A stretch of 64,000 bases of DNA from an uncultured Acidobacteriota bacterium (GCA_963779415.1 CAVZYA010000002.1:1408001-1472000), one strand, 5' to 3'; numbered from the stretch's first letter, positions 51,310-62,358 are shown. Notes: generated by a model from the sequence alone, not told the origin. Program-made: numbers and translations.

Positions 51310-53637
51310 ATGACCAGGCGCAAAGGCGCGGCCGCCCCGGGCGGCCAGCCTCCCCTTCCGTTCGACGCGGAGACGCCGCTCCCCGAGGAGGTCCGGCGCC
51401 GGTACCTCAACTACGCCCTCTCCGTGATCACGTCGCGCGCCCTTCCCGACGTCCGGGACGGCCTGAAGCCCGTGCAGCGACGGATTCTCTTCTCGATGTT
51501 CCAGAACCTCCACCTGACTCCGGACGCCAAGTTCAAGAAGTGCGCGACCGTCGTCGGCGACGTCATCGGGAAGTACCACCCGCACGGCGACGTCGCGATC
51601 TACGACGCCCTCGTCCGGATGGCGCAGCCCTTCACGCTCCGCGCTCCGCTCGTCGACGGTCACGGCAACTTCGGCTCGCTGGACGGCGACGCGGCCGCCG
51701 CGTACCGGTACACCGAGGCGCGCCTCCAGCCGCTCGCCCTCGAGCTTCTCTCGGAGATCCGGAAAGGGACGGTCGACTGGCGGCCGAACTTCGACGGCGT
51801 CCACAGCGAGCCGATCGTCCTTCCGGCGCGCTTTCCGAACCTCCTCGTCAACGGCGCGACGGGGATCGCGGTCGGCATGGCGACGTCGATCCCGCCGCAC
51901 AACCCCGTCGAGGTCCTCGACGCCGCCATCGCGGCCATCGACGACCGGGAGGCCGATCCGCTCCGGACGGTCCGGGGGCCCGACTTCCCGACGGGAGGGG
52001 TTCTCCTCGCGTCGAAACGCGAGCTGCGGGCGATCTACGAGAGCGGGCAGGGGACGCTGAAGCTCCGGGGGGACTACGCGGTGGAGGAAGGGGCGCGCGG
52101 CGCCCGGACGATCGTCGTCACGTCCATTCCCTACGGACAGGAAAAGGCGAACCTCGTCGCGCGGATTGCGGACGTCATCATCAACCGGAAGCTCGCGGCC
52201 CTCCTGGACGTCCGCGACGAGTCGACGGACGACGTCCGGATCGTCCTCGAGATCCGGCGCGACGCCGACCCGGCGCTCGTCATGACCTACCTCTACCGGC
52301 ACACGCCGCTGGAAACGACCGTCCCGGTCAACCTGACGGCCCTCGTCCCGACCGCGAGCCCGGAGGTGGCCGAGCCGCAGAGGCTCTCCCTGAAGGCGAT
52401 CCTCCGGCATTTCCTCGACTTCCGCTTCGAGACGGTCCGGCGCCGCTTCGAGTTCGAGCTCGAGGAGCTGCGCCGCCGGATCCATCTCCTCGAGGGCTTC
52501 GTCCTCATCTACGACGCCCTCGACGAGGCGATCCGGATCATCCGGAAATCGGACGGGAAGGCGGACGCGGCGGAGAAGCTCAAGAAGCGCTTCGGCCTCG
52601 ACGACGAACAGGCGGACGCGGTCCTCGAGACGAAGCTCTACAAGCTGGCACGGCTCGAGATCGACGCGATCCGCGCGGAGCTCCGCGAGAAGACCGCCGA
52701 GGCCGCCCGGCTCGAGGCGATCCTGAAGTCGAAGGCGAAGCTCTGGGGCGTCGTCCAGCGCGAGCTCGTCGAGCTGCGCGGGCTCCTCGACCGGGAGAAG
52801 CGCCGGACGCAGGTGGCCGCCTCGGCGGAGGAGCCCGAGTACGACGCCGAGGCTTTCATCCAGCACGAGGAGACGTTCGGGATCGTCTCGGCCGACGGAT
52901 GGCTGAAGCGCCAGCGGGAGCTGAAGGACCCCTCTTCGACGCGCCTCCGGGAAGGAGACAGCGTCCTCGCCGTCCTTCAGGGCTCGACGAAGGAGGCCGC
53001 GGTCCTCTTCTCGAACCGCGGAACGGCGTACGTGCTCCGCCTGAACGACGTTCCGCCGTCGACGGGCTACGGCGAGCCGGTGCAGAAGCTCTTCCGGTTC
53101 GGCGACGGTGAGCGGGTGGTGGCCGCGCTCTCCCTCGACCCCCGGATCACGCCGGAGAAGAACGTCGTCGCGCTCGCGGCGACCCGGAAGGGGTTCGTCT
53201 TCCGCTTCTCTCTCGATCCGCTCCGGGAGATCACGACGCGCTCCGGGCGCCGCTACGGCAAGCCGGCGCCGGATGACGAGATCCTCTTCGTCGGGGTCTG
53301 CGAGAAGAGGGACGTCGTGGCGATGGCGTCGGAGCAGGGGCGCGCGATCCTCTTCTCTTCCGGGGAGGTGCCCCTCCTCGCGGGTCCCGGCAAGGGGGTC
53401 ATCGGCCTGAAGCTCCAGGCGGGAGACCGCGTCGTCGCCGCCTCGCTCTTCGGGGCCGACGAGAAACGGGCCGTCCTCACGCTCGTGACCGAGAACGGTA
53501 CCGAACACACCGTCACGCGGCGCTACGAGGTCGTCGGCCGCGGCGGCCGCGGGTTCCACCTGATCAAACGGGGCCGGCTCGTCCGGTGCATCCCGCCTCC
53601 CGTCGCGCTCGTAGATCAGTCGGGAAAGGAATCGTGA
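51310..53637 (+). CDS. Type IIA DNA topoisomerase subunit A (GyrA/ParC family)
   Basis: [40 protein letters not shown] (catalytic Tyr), GPDFPTGG, shortened beta-pinwheel CTD. Confidence 0.93.
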   Translation: MTRRKGAAAPGGQPPLPFDAETPLPEEVRRRYLNYALSVITSRALPDVRDGLKPVQRRILFSMFQNLHLTPDAKFKKCATVVGDVIGKYHPHGDVAIYDALVRMAQPFTLRAPLVDGHGNFGSLDGDAAAAYRYTEARLQPLALELLSEIRKGTVDWRPNFDGVHSEPIVLPARFPNLLVNGATGIAVGMATSIPPHNPVEVLDAAIAAIDDREADPLRTVRGPDFPTGGVLLASKRELRAIYESGQGTLKLRGDYAVEEGARGARTIVVTSIPYGQEKANLVARIADVIINRKLAALLDVRDESTDDVRIVLEIRRDADPALVMTYLYRHTPLETTVPVNLTALVPTASPEVAEPQRLSLKAILRHFLDFRFETVRRRFEFELEELRRRIHLLEGFVLIYDALDEAIRIIRKSDGKADAAEKLKKRFGLDDEQADAVLETKLYKLARLEIDAIRAELREKTAEAARLEAILKSKAKLWGVVQRELVELRGLLDREKRRTQVAASAEEPEYDAEAFIQHEETFGIVSADGWLKRQRELKDPSSTRLREGDSVLAVLQGSTKEAAVLFSNRGTAYVLRLNDVPPSTGYGEPVQKLFRFGDGERVVAALSLDPRITPEKNVVALAATRKGFVFRFSLDPLREITTRSGRRYGKPAPDDEILFVGVCEKRDVVAMASEQGRAILFSSGEVPLLAGPGKGVIGLKLQAGDRVVAASLFGADEKRAVLTLVTENGTEHTVTRRYEVVGRGGRGFHLIKRGRLVRCIPPPVALVDQSGKES

Positions 53638-54485
53638 TGGAGGTCGTCCTCGCCGAGAAGTACGGGTTCTGCGCCGGGGTTCGCGTCGCGGACAAGCTGG
53701 TGCGTCTCGCGGCCGCCAAGGGGCAGTCCGGGGCCATCCTCGGACAGGTCGTCCACAACGAGAGCGTCGAGGCCGAGATGGCGCGCCTCGGGTTTCCGAC
53801 GGTCGAAAAGCTCGTCGACGCGAAGCCGCACGAGAACCGGATCGTCTTCTCCGCGCACGGAGTCGCCCCCTCGGTCCGCGCCGAGGCGAAAGCGATGGGG
53901 CTCTCCACGATCGACACGACCTGCAAGTTCGTGACGGACATCCACACCGAGGTCACGCGCTCTCTGGCCGCCGGGTACTTCATCGCGATCATGGGGCAGC
54001 GGACGCACCGGGAGGTCCTCGGCTACACGCACGACCTCGATCCGTCGTCCTACGGGGTCTTCTACGGCCTCGAGGAGGTGACGGCTTTCGACTGGTCGCG
54101 GCATCCGAAGGTGAAGGTCGTCTTCCAGACGACGCTCAATGCCGACAACTTCGCGGCGCACGTGGAGGAGATCGGCCGGCGCGGCGTCGAAGTACGCGTC
54201 GCCGACACGATCTGCTACGCGACGAAGGAAAACCAGGAGGCGCTGCGTGCCCTCTGCACCGACGGGACCGTCGACGTCATCGTCGTCATCGGCGGGAAGC
54301 ACAGCAAGAACACGAAGGAGCTGGCCCGGATCGCCGAGGCGTTCAAGAAGACGATCTTGATCGGGACCGTGGCCGAGCTCGACCCCGCGGCCCTCGCGGG
54401 CGCCCGGAAAGTGGGCGTGACGGCGGGCGCCTCGACGCCCGAACACGACATCGAGGCCGTCCTGGAGAAGATCCGGGGCCTCTGA
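53637..54485 (+). CDS. ispH: 4-hydroxy-3-methylbut-2-enyl diphosphate reductase
   Basis: GFCAGV, VHN, SAHG, IDTTC..V, DTICYAT, VTAGASTP. Confidence 0.95.
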   Translation: MEVVLAEKYGFCAGVRVADKLVRLAAAKGQSGAILGQVVHNESVEAEMARLGFPTVEKLVDAKPHENRIVFSAHGVAPSVRAEAKAMGLSTIDTTCKFVTDIHTEVTRSLAAGYFIAIMGQRTHREVLGYTHDLDPSSYGVFYGLEEVTAFDWSRHPKVKVVFQTTLNADNFAAHVEEIGRRGVEVRVADTICYATKENQEALRALCTDGTVDVIVVIGGKHSKNTKELARIAEAFKKTILIGTVAELDPAALAGARKVGVTAGASTPEHDIEAVLEKIRGL

Positions 54486-54504
54486 GACGGGATGAGGCGC
54501 CCGC

Positions 54505-56286
54505 CTACATCGAGCTCGTGTCTCCCGGTTTGGGCTCTGCGGGCGGATCCGGAGCGGCGCGAAGGAGGCGCGGCGCCACGATCAGCGCGGCCCCATAGAC
54601 CAGGAACGTGAAGAGGAGCGTGGCGGGACGGCCGCGCATCAGGTCGAACAGGACGATTCGGAGGCCGCCGACGAGGAGCAAGGGGTAGACGAGGAACCCC
54701 ACCGGGGCCGCGAAGCGCTTCCGCCGGAGCCGGGCGAGGAGGACGGCGGCGGCCGAGATCGTGATCGTCCGGAGGGCCGAGCCTCCTCCAGGATCACCCT
54801 CGCCGAAGAGAATCCGCTCGAGCGTCCCCTCGAAGATCGTGGCCAGATCGAGAACGGCGATCGTGCCGACGGCGACGGCCGGGATGTCCTGGCGCCAGCG
54901 GAACGTCCCCGGCGCGAGGCGCGAAGCGAGGATCGCATACGCGACGAGGGCGGCCGCCAGGGCGGGGAGAAGGGCCGCGAGTGCCGGAGCGGCCTCCGGG
55001 AACGCTTCGCCCAGGAGGAAGCGGGAGGCGCCGGGGAGGAGGCCGGCGGCCAGCGAGCTGGCGGCGACGAAGACCGCCGTCTGGGCGGCGCGGGTCTTTC
55101 GGGGAATCCTGAGCAGTGCAAGAGCGGCCCCCACGGCGGCGAGGGACCAGAACGCCGCGCGGTAGGGCTCGGGGATGGCCAGGAACCCTCCGGCGACGAC
55201 GAGGACGGCGCCCGTCGTCGTCTGGAGCGAGGAGACCTGCCGGGAGACGGGCCGAAGCGCGTCGAGCGCGAAGAGGAGGACGGCGGCCGCGAGGACGGCG
55301 ACACCTAGCGCAACGGGAGAGACTCCGACGCGAGGACCGATCAGGGCTGCGGCTCCGACCCCCGCGAGGACGCCGAGGGAGGGCTGGACGAAGTCGAAGA
55401 GCTCCGGGTCGGCCTTTCGGACGACGGTCCGCCAGAGGGTCAGGGCGAGGCTCAGGACGGGGAGCGTCACGAGAAGGGCGACGAGGGGAGCGATGGAGAC
55501 GGAAGCCCAGCTCTCCGGAAGGCTCCCGGCTCTGCCGGCGATGAACGCCGCCGTCAGTGCCAGGAAATCCGCCGCGAGGGCTCCCGGCCACGCCAGCCCC
55601 GGCCAGCCCCGAAGCGTCGCCACCGCGACCCCGATCGCTCCGGTGTAAAGAAGGAGCGCGAGGACGGCTTCGAGGGCGAAGCTCGAGACGAGGATCGCGA
55701 AACCGGCGCCGACGATCCCGAACACGGCGAGTCCGGCCGCCGTGGGGAGCCGACGGCGTACCGCTGCGGCGAGGAGCAGGGTGCCTGCGGCGCCGAGAAC
55801 GACGACGCCCGTCCCGGGGCTGAAGACGCCGAGGCGCGTCGTCGCTTCCCACGCGAGAGGAGAGGCGACGGCGGTCGTGACGGCCGCGTAGGCCGTTGCG
55901 AGGTGTCGGTCGCCGGTCGCGGCGGCCCGGTCGGTGAGGAAGAGCAGGACCGCCGCATAGAGAAGGCCGAGGGCGACCCCGATCTCCGCGGGAAGCACGT
56001 GCGCGTCCGTCAGGGCGCGGAAGACGTAGGCGCCGCCGAGAAGGACGAGCCCGCGGCCGGCGAGAGCCATGAGTCCGGGAAGCTCCGTCCCGGAGGCTTG
56101 TGGCGGGAGGGGCTCGAGCCGTGAAGCCTCCGGAGCGTCTGGCGGAGCCGCGACGGTGACGTGCGCCGGCGCGTTCTCCACCGGGACCGTCCGTTCTTCG
56201 AGCATGGCGACGCGCGCCTCGAGCGCGCGGAGCGTCGCGCCGAGCTCCTCGACCTTCGCCGTCATCCGTTCGACGGGGTCGTCCAT
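54505..56286 (-). CDS. Large polytopic membrane protein (DUF2339-like)
   Basis: N-terminal coiled coil (LRALEARVAMLE), Pro-rich linker, many TM helices. Confidence 0.65.
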   Translation of the reverse strand: MDDPVERMTAKVEELGATLRALEARVAMLEERTVPVENAPAHVTVAAPPDAPEASRLEPLPPQASGTELPGLMALAGRGLVLLGGAYVFRALTDAHVLPAEIGVALGLLYAAVLLFLTDRAAATGDRHLATAYAAVTTAVASPLAWEATTRLGVFSPGTGVVVLGAAGTLLLAAAVRRRLPTAAGLAVFGIVGAGFAILVSSFALEAVLALLLYTGAIGVAVATLRGWPGLAWPGALAADFLALTAAFIAGRAGSLPESWASVSIAPLVALLVTLPVLSLALTLWRTVVRKADPELFDFVQPSLGVLAGVGAAALIGPRVGVSPVALGVAVLAAAVLLFALDALRPVSRQVSSLQTTTGAVLVVAGGFLAIPEPYRAAFWSLAAVGAALALLRIPRKTRAAQTAVFVAASSLAAGLLPGASRFLLGEAFPEAAPALAALLPALAAALVAYAILASRLAPGTFRWRQDIPAVAVGTIAVLDLATIFEGTLERILFGEGDPGGGSALRTITISAAAVLLARLRRKRFAAPVGFLVYPLLLVGGLRIVLFDLMRGRPATLLFTFLVYGAALIVAPRLLRAAPDPPAEPKPGDTSSM

Positions 56287-56309
56287 CTCCCGTCCTCGCC
56301 CGCTTGGGC

Positions 56310-57494
56310 TTACGAGGCGACCTTTGCGTTCTCCTCCTCCCACGGCGGGAGGAGCTTGATGAGGACCCAGAGAATCCCGAAGGGGAGGAGCAGGAAGACG
56401 ATCGCCGCCAGGAGCCCTTCGCGCGTGGCGAACGCCATCTTGTACGTCGTGTAGCCGAGGAAACTCTTCGAGAAGAGCTGCCCGCCGATGACGACGTTCC
56501 AGCGCATGGCGAAGATGCCGATGAGCGTGAGGACCCCGGCGAGGACGTAGAGCCCCTTCCGTGCCTGCTCGGTCAGCTTCACGACCTGCGTGAAGGCCAA
56601 GAGGCCGATCGGGACGATCGTGCCGAAGACGATCTGGATCAGGACCTGCGACGTGTAGAGCCGTGTCCGGACCATGAAGTCGAGGCTCTGGAACGACTCG
56701 TCCGCCTCGTAGATCCGGTGGATGAGGTCGAGCATCTCGATCGAGAAGTCGATCAGGAAGGCATAGAGGAGATACCGGGCGATCGTGTCGACGCACGGGA
56801 TGTCGATCTCGATCCCCTTCAGGAAGCAGACGGCCATGTACATCAGGAGGACGAGGGCGATGCCCGAGACGATGGCCGAGAAGAGGAAGACGATCGGCAT
56901 GACGGGGGTCGACCACCAGGGGTTCGCCTTCACCGACCCGAAGATGAAACCGACGTATCCGTGCAGGAAAAAGGCCGACGGGATGCCGACGATCGTGATG
57001 AAGTGCCCGAGCCTGTCGTCGATCCTCAGCGACTCCTCGCTGATGTTGTCGACGCCGAGCGTGAGCGCCTTGTAGAGCGTCTTCTTCCACCCCGTCTCGG
57101 AGCGCGACTTCAGGACGATCTCCTTCCGGTAGTCGAGCCAGATCTCGAGGAGGAGGACCGCCATGAGGTACCAGAGATAGACGAAGCCGAACATCGCCAT
57201 CGCCGAGGTCGTGTGGGGCGTCAGGTACATCTCGTAGGATCGCTCGGGGTGTCCGAGGTGGAGCTGCAGCGGCAGGGGGGCGACGAGGAGGAAGGCGAGC
57301 GCCGTCAGGAGCGCGAGCCGGTAGGTCGGCTTCACGGCCTGGACGTTGAAGACCCGCTCGAGCGACGCGAGGATGAAGGCGCCCGCGACGAGGCCGGTGA
57401 TGAACGGGTAGAGGACGATCAGGATGCTCCACTGGAGCTCGACCTCGTTGGGGTACATGTACCCCTGGACCGCGGAGAGAAGGGCTTCCTGCAT
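56310..57494 (-). CDS. NrfD/PsrC family quinol-interacting membrane subunit
   Basis: W.ILIVLYPFITGLVAG, HLGHPER, TSAM..FG, PWW.TP..P..FL.SA..SG, RWNVVIGGQ. Confidence 0.9.
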   Translation of the reverse strand: MQEALLSAVQGYMYPNEVELQWSILIVLYPFITGLVAGAFILASLERVFNVQAVKPTYRLALLTALAFLLVAPLPLQLHLGHPERSYEMYLTPHTTSAMAMFGFVYLWYLMAVLLLEIWLDYRKEIVLKSRSETGWKKTLYKALTLGVDNISEESLRIDDRLGHFITIVGIPSAFFLHGYVGFIFGSVKANPWWSTPVMPIVFLFSAIVSGIALVLLMYMAVCFLKGIEIDIPCVDTIARYLLYAFLIDFSIEMLDLIHRIYEADESFQSLDFMVRTRLYTSQVLIQIVFGTIVPIGLLAFTQVVKLTEQARKGLYVLAGVLTLIGIFAMRWNVVIGGQLFSKSFLGYTTYKMAFATREGLLAAIVFLLLPFGILWVLIKLLPPWEEENAKVAS

Positions 57495-57498
57495 CGTC

Positions 57499-58260
57499 CT
57501 ACCTCACCGTCCCGTCGAGATTGCTGTAGTAGACCTTCGCGCCGGTCGCCATGTGCGGCTTGAGGACCTGGACCATGTGGTTCCGGAGGAACCCGTGGAC
57601 CGGATCGTTCGGGTCCTTCAGGTCGGCGAGCTGACGGGCGCCGGTCGGGCAGGCTTCGCAGCAGGCGGTCGTCAGTCCCTTCGTGATCCGGTGATAGCAG
57701 AGGTTGCACTTGTCGGCCGTGTTCGTCACCGGATTGAGGTACCGGCAGCCGTAGGGGCAGGCCTGGATGCAGTAGCGGCAGCCGAGGCAGTAGCTCTTGT
57801 CGACGAGGACCGCCCCGTCGGGGGTCTCGAAGGTGGCGCCCACGGGGCAGACCTGCGTGCAGGGGGAGTGAGCGCACTGGTTGCAGAGCTTCGGGACGAA
57901 GAAGCTCTTGGCGCCGTCGCCGGCGGCGTATTTTTCCGGGAAGCCGTCGTAGCCGCCGTTCGGGGAGTCGACTTCCGGGTGCTCGGACCATCCCCCTTCG
58001 ACGTGGTACCGCTCGACCCAGGTCCGGAAGTAGAAGGGCTCGAGCGGGACGTCGTTCTCGGCCTTGTCCGCCCGGACGCAGTTTCCGCAGCCGATGCACT
58101 TCGAGATGTCGATCATCATCCCCCAGTAGTGGTCCGCCATCCGGTAGGCGGGCTCCATCTCCTTGCCGGACTCGGCCGCTTCCAGGAACGCGGCCGCGGG
58201 CGCCGTGACGAGGAGGATCTTTCCGGCCGTGAGAAGGAAATCGCGGCGGTCCGAGGTCAT
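57499..58260 (-). CDS. Tat-exported 4x[4Fe-4S] protein (NrfC/PsrB-like)
   Basis: DRRDFLL Tat motif, CIGCGNCVRAD, CNQCAHSPCTQVCP, CLGCRYCIQACP, CNLC...CCEACP. Confidence 0.92.
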   Translation of the reverse strand: MTSDRRDFLLTAGKILLVTAPAAAFLEAAESGKEMEPAYRMADHYWGMMIDISKCIGCGNCVRADKAENDVPLEPFYFRTWVERYHVEGGWSEHPEVDSPNGGYDGFPEKYAAGDGAKSFFVPKLCNQCAHSPCTQVCPVGATFETPDGAVLVDKSYCLGCRYCIQACPYGCRYLNPVTNTADKCNLCYHRITKGLTTACCEACPTGARQLADLKDPNDPVHGFLRNHMVQVLKPHMATGAKVYYSNLDGTVR

Positions 58261-58727
58261 GACTTCGGCTCCTTGTCGGGGGCGTGCGAGGCGTGACATC
58301 CGTGGCAGTCGCCGCCGTCGAAGTGCGTTTTCGGGTCGATCTGCGGGAACTTCTTCGGCTTGGCCACGTTCGCGAGGTGGCACCGGACGCAGAGCGTCCT
58401 CGGCTCGGGCTTCGTCGGTTTCAGGGAGGACGAGTCCTCGGCGTGCCGGGCGAGGGCTCCGTGGCAGGCCTCGCAGCCGATTCCGGCGTGCTTGCCTCCG
58501 GCCAGCTCGTCCCTCTTGTCCGTGTGACAGTCGCCGCAGAGGCTTCGCCCGGCGAAGGCGACCGGCCGGGCCCGGTTGTCGGCGAGCGCCCCGGCGCGGT
58601 AGTGCCCGTAGAGGCCGAAGCTCTTCGGGACGAAGAGCGCCCGGGCGAGAACGAAGAGGACGAATCCCGCCGCGAACAGTGCCGCCACCCGGACAAGGTG
58701 TTCCTTGTCCCTGAAGAACTTTTGCAT
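58257..58727 (-). CDS. Membrane-anchored tetraheme cytochrome c
   Basis: One TM and four CxxCH motifs (CGDCH, CEACH, CVRCH, CHGCH). Confidence 0.9.
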   Translation of the reverse strand: MQKFFRDKEHLVRVAALFAAGFVLFVLARALFVPKSFGLYGHYRAGALADNRARPVAFAGRSLCGDCHTDKRDELAGGKHAGIGCEACHGALARHAEDSSSLKPTKPEPRTLCVRCHLANVAKPKKFPQIDPKTHFDGGDCHGCHASHAPDKEPKS

Positions 58728-58866
58728 GATGGCCGGAGTTTTAAGAGAAGTGCCTGGCCCGCGCCATCCTCAAGCCGATCCAGCCGGGTGATGCACTTGC
58801 ATCAGGCGACGAGGCGGCTCCGGCGTCCGCGCCCCGATCGGGGCACGGACGCCCAGGGGCGGGCTG

Positions 58867-61800
58867 TCAGCGTTTGAAGCCGGTCTGGCGGTCCACCTGC
58901 CGGATCCGGAGATAGAGGAGCAGGGCGAAGACCGAGATGAAGGCCGTCGCGAGAAGGAGGCCGTTGCGGCGGAAGCGGTACTCGCTCCAGACCTTCGCGG
59001 TCCCTTCCCTGAGCTGGGTGATGCTCCGGCCCGCCGCTTCGGAATTCCGGAGGAAGTCGCTCCGGTCGAACGTGTGGATGCCGAGCCGGGTCTTCCGCAT
59101 GGCGTCGCTGACCGAGCTGGCCTGGAACCGGAGATCGTCCACGTCGAACCCCCGCTCGGCGAGACGGTCGATCTCCTTGCCAAGCGCCGCCGAGTCGCCG
59201 GCGAGGCCGGTGATCGTCGTGTAGAAGAGGGCCGCCGTCTCGATGCACTTCGGCTGGCCGTACTTCTGGTGGCAGTCGACACAGAGGGCCTTCGGTCCGG
59301 GCGCGAGCATCGCGTCCGTCGGGGCGGCGATGAGGTGGTTCCCGTGGCAGGTGGCGCACTCGGGCCAGCCGTGCTTGTCGAACGCCTTCTTGTGCGGGCT
59401 TCCGTCGAAGAAGGCGCCGTTTGCGGAGTGGCAGGTCCGGCAGACCTGCGAGACGTAGGACGTCTGGGGCGGCGTCGCGGCGTGGTTCCCGTGGCAGCTG
59501 TTGCAGGCGGGCGCCCCCTTGTCGTGCTTCTTGAGAAGGGCGATTCCGTGAACGCTCCGCGAGGTACTTGTCGAGCTGGTCGGTCGGGATCGGCGTCTTG
59601 CCGTCGTCGAGGGTGTACCCCTTCATGTAATCGGCGTTCGCATGGCATCGGCCGCAAGTCGTCGGGATGTTCTCCCGATAGACGAGGGAGACAGGGCTGT
59701 CGGGGCCGCGGATCCCGTGGACGCCGTGGCAGCTGATGCACTGCGCGACCTTGGAGTCCTTCTTCCCGAAGAGGAGCTGCCCGTGGCGGCTCGTCCGGTA
59801 CTTCACAAGCTGGTCGACCGGGAGGGACGGGTTGTAGTCCCTCATGAAGTCGCTCGAGGAGTGGCACCGGGCGCAGAACTCCGGAATCCAGGTCCGGTCC
59901 TTCGTCCGGACCTCGGACTTGGGCCACCGCTTGTAGATCTCCGGGGACATCTCCGTGTCGGTCGGCTTTCCGCCGTGACAGCCGGAGCACATCAGCCCCT
60001 TGCGGAAATGAACGTCGTTGACGACCTGGGCGAGGTCGAGGTGCCCCTGGGGACCGCTCCGGTCCTCGCGGATCCGGAAGAGGATCTCGTCCGGCATGTC
60101 GGGGTTCGTGTGGCAGAGGACGCAGTTGTCCGAAAGGACCAGCTCGGTCTTCCGGTCGTCGAGGTCGAGCGAGAGAAGAGTCGCGAGGTGGGCCGGGGAG
60201 CCGATCATTCCCGAGGCGGCGGCCGCAAAGAAGAGCTGCTGCGCGTGGCTCGGAAGCTCGCGGAAGTGGGTGCGGGCCTTTTCGGAGAGGACCGGTTTTC
60301 CCTTCTCCTCCGCGAGGAAGAGCTTCTGGAATCCCTCGGGCCAGGTGGTCTCGACGACGTGGCCCGGGCGCCGAGGCGGCGGGCGCGGCAGGGGCCGCGG
60401 GGGTGGCTTTCTCTTCGCCCCGGGCGGGTGAGGGGATCGCGAGAGCGGCGGCGACGAGGAGCGCCGCCGCGGCGGCGCTGCCGCGGCGCGTGAAGCGGTA
60501 GAGCCCCCAGAGGGCGAGGGCCACCGCGGAGAGCGCTCCCGCGGCGAGCCAGCTGACGTGGGCGAACCCGTTCAGGAGGGCCTGCAGGAGGACGGCCGCC
60601 GTGAATGCGAAGGCCGTGTGGCGGAAGCGCCAGCGGCGGAAGGCGCTCACGGCGATGCCGAGGCCGAGGATCCAGAAGGCCGCCGTCCGCGCGATCACGG
60701 CCGCGAGGGCCGGATCCGCGGCCGGGTCCTTTCCTTTCGGCACCACGACCCCGATGTCCCACGCCTTGAGCGTCAGGAGCCCGATGAAGAGGAGCCCGGC
60801 GACGCCGAGGTCCGTGAAGCAGGGGCTCGGCTTTCCCTTCGCCGCGTTCCGGTCGAGAAGCGGCACGAAGAAGGCGATTCCCATCAGGACCGTCGAGAGG
60901 AGGAGGCACGCCTGCGGTCCCTCCATCCCGAGGATGTGCGCCGGGAACTCCCGGAGCATCTGGTAGACCCAGAGGAAGTACCACTCCGGCTTGATCCCCG
61001 GGTAGGCGGGCTTCAACGGGTTCGCCTTGTCCCCGAGCGCCCACTCCATCCCCGGAATGCCGGGCCCGAAGGGGAGGACGACGGCGAGGATGGCGAGGAG
61101 GTTCAGGCAGAGGACCCAGAGGAGGAGGTCCCGGAGGGCGAAGTTCGGGAAGAAGGGCATCCCCTTCCCGCGGGGCGCCTCGCCTTCGTGGCCGAGAGGC
61201 TCGGCCATTCCCTGCCGCTGGACGAAGAGGAGGTGGACGCCGATGAGGCCCGCGATGACGAGCGGAAGGATGCAGACGTGGAGGGCGAAGAAGCGGTAGA
61301 GCGTCTGGACCGAGACCTCCTCGCCGCCCCGCATCACGCGGAGGAGCCACGGGCCGACGAGAGGAACGGACTTGACGGAGTCGGTGCCGACCGCCGTCGC
61401 GAAGTAGGAAAGCTCGTTCCACGGGAGGAGGTAGCCCGAAAAGCCGAATCCGAGGACGAGCCCGAACATCAGGAAGCCCGTGTACCAGGTCAGCTCGCGC
61501 GGCTTCCGGTAGGCCTTCACGAAGAGGATGCTGAAGAGGTGGACGAGGACCGAGAGGCTCATCAGGTGGGCCGACCAGCAGTGGATCGACCGGACGAGCC
61601 AGCCGAACGGCACGTGGCCGACGAGGTATTTCATCGACTCGTACGAAGTGTTCTCCCCGACCTCGTAGTTCATCAGGAGGAGGATTCCCGTCACGATCTG
61701 GACGGTGAAGAAGAAGAGGGAGACGCCGCCGAAGTAGTACCAGACGGTGGAGTGCCCGCCGAGGGGAATCTCCTTGTGCCGGAGGAACTCGACGAGACCG

Positions 61801-61882
61801 GAGAGCTGGAACCGCTCGTCGAGGGCCGTCCAGAGCCGTCGCGGGAGGCCGGCGGGGCGGCGGGGGCCGGCGTGGCGCTCAC
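58867..61882 (-). CDS. Cytochrome b fused to a multiheme (9 CxxCH) cytochrome c (frameshifts ~61860, ~60365, ~59560)
   Basis: GWLVRSIH..., FSGYLLPW, RFFALH, KPEWY. Then CVLCH, CSGCH, CARCH, CISCH, CGRCH, CNSCH, CRTCH, CATCH, CVDCH and a C-terminal TM. GTG at 61882 overlaps the Rieske stop. Confidence 0.8.
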
Positions 61883-62358
61883 GCGGCACCTCCCGACCGG
61901 GAGATCGTGACGGTGCCCTTCAGGTCCCCCTCCACCGCGAAGGCCGCGAGCGGCCGCGGGGGCGGCCCGGAGATGACGTGCCCGTCGAGGGCGAACTTCC
62001 CGTTGTGGCAGGCGCACCAGATCAGGGCGTCCGCCGGGACGTACTGGACCGTGCATCCCTCGTGCGTGCATTTCGCGGAGAGCGCGACCAGCTTTCCGTC
62101 CTTCTTCTTCACGACGATGACGCGGTCCGTGCCGATTCGCGTGATCAGGGAACCGGCGCCCGCGAGCTCCTGCTTCTGGGCGTCGGTCAGCGTGACCGAG
62201 TTCGCGCCCCCCGCCTCTTTCAGGGGCGTGAGATACCGGATGACGGGGTAGACGACGGCGAGGGCCCATGCCACGAAGCTCATGCCGAGCAGGGCGTCGA
62301 GCCAGCTCCGGCGTGTCACGGATGCCGGAGTGTCGAGCGGACGAAGATCACCTTCCAC
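61879..62358 (-). CDS. Rieske [2Fe-2S] protein
   Basis: TRRSWL Tat-like anchor, CTHEGC, CACHNGKF, GPPPRPL. Confidence 0.93.
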   Translation of the reverse strand: MEGDLRPLDTPASVTRRSWLDALLGMSFVAWALAVVYPVIRYLTPLKEAGGANSVTLTDAQKQELAGAGSLITRIGTDRVIVVKKKDGKLVALSAKCTHEGCTVQYVPADALIWCACHNGKFALDGHVISGPPPRPLAAFAVEGDLKGTVTISRSGGAA

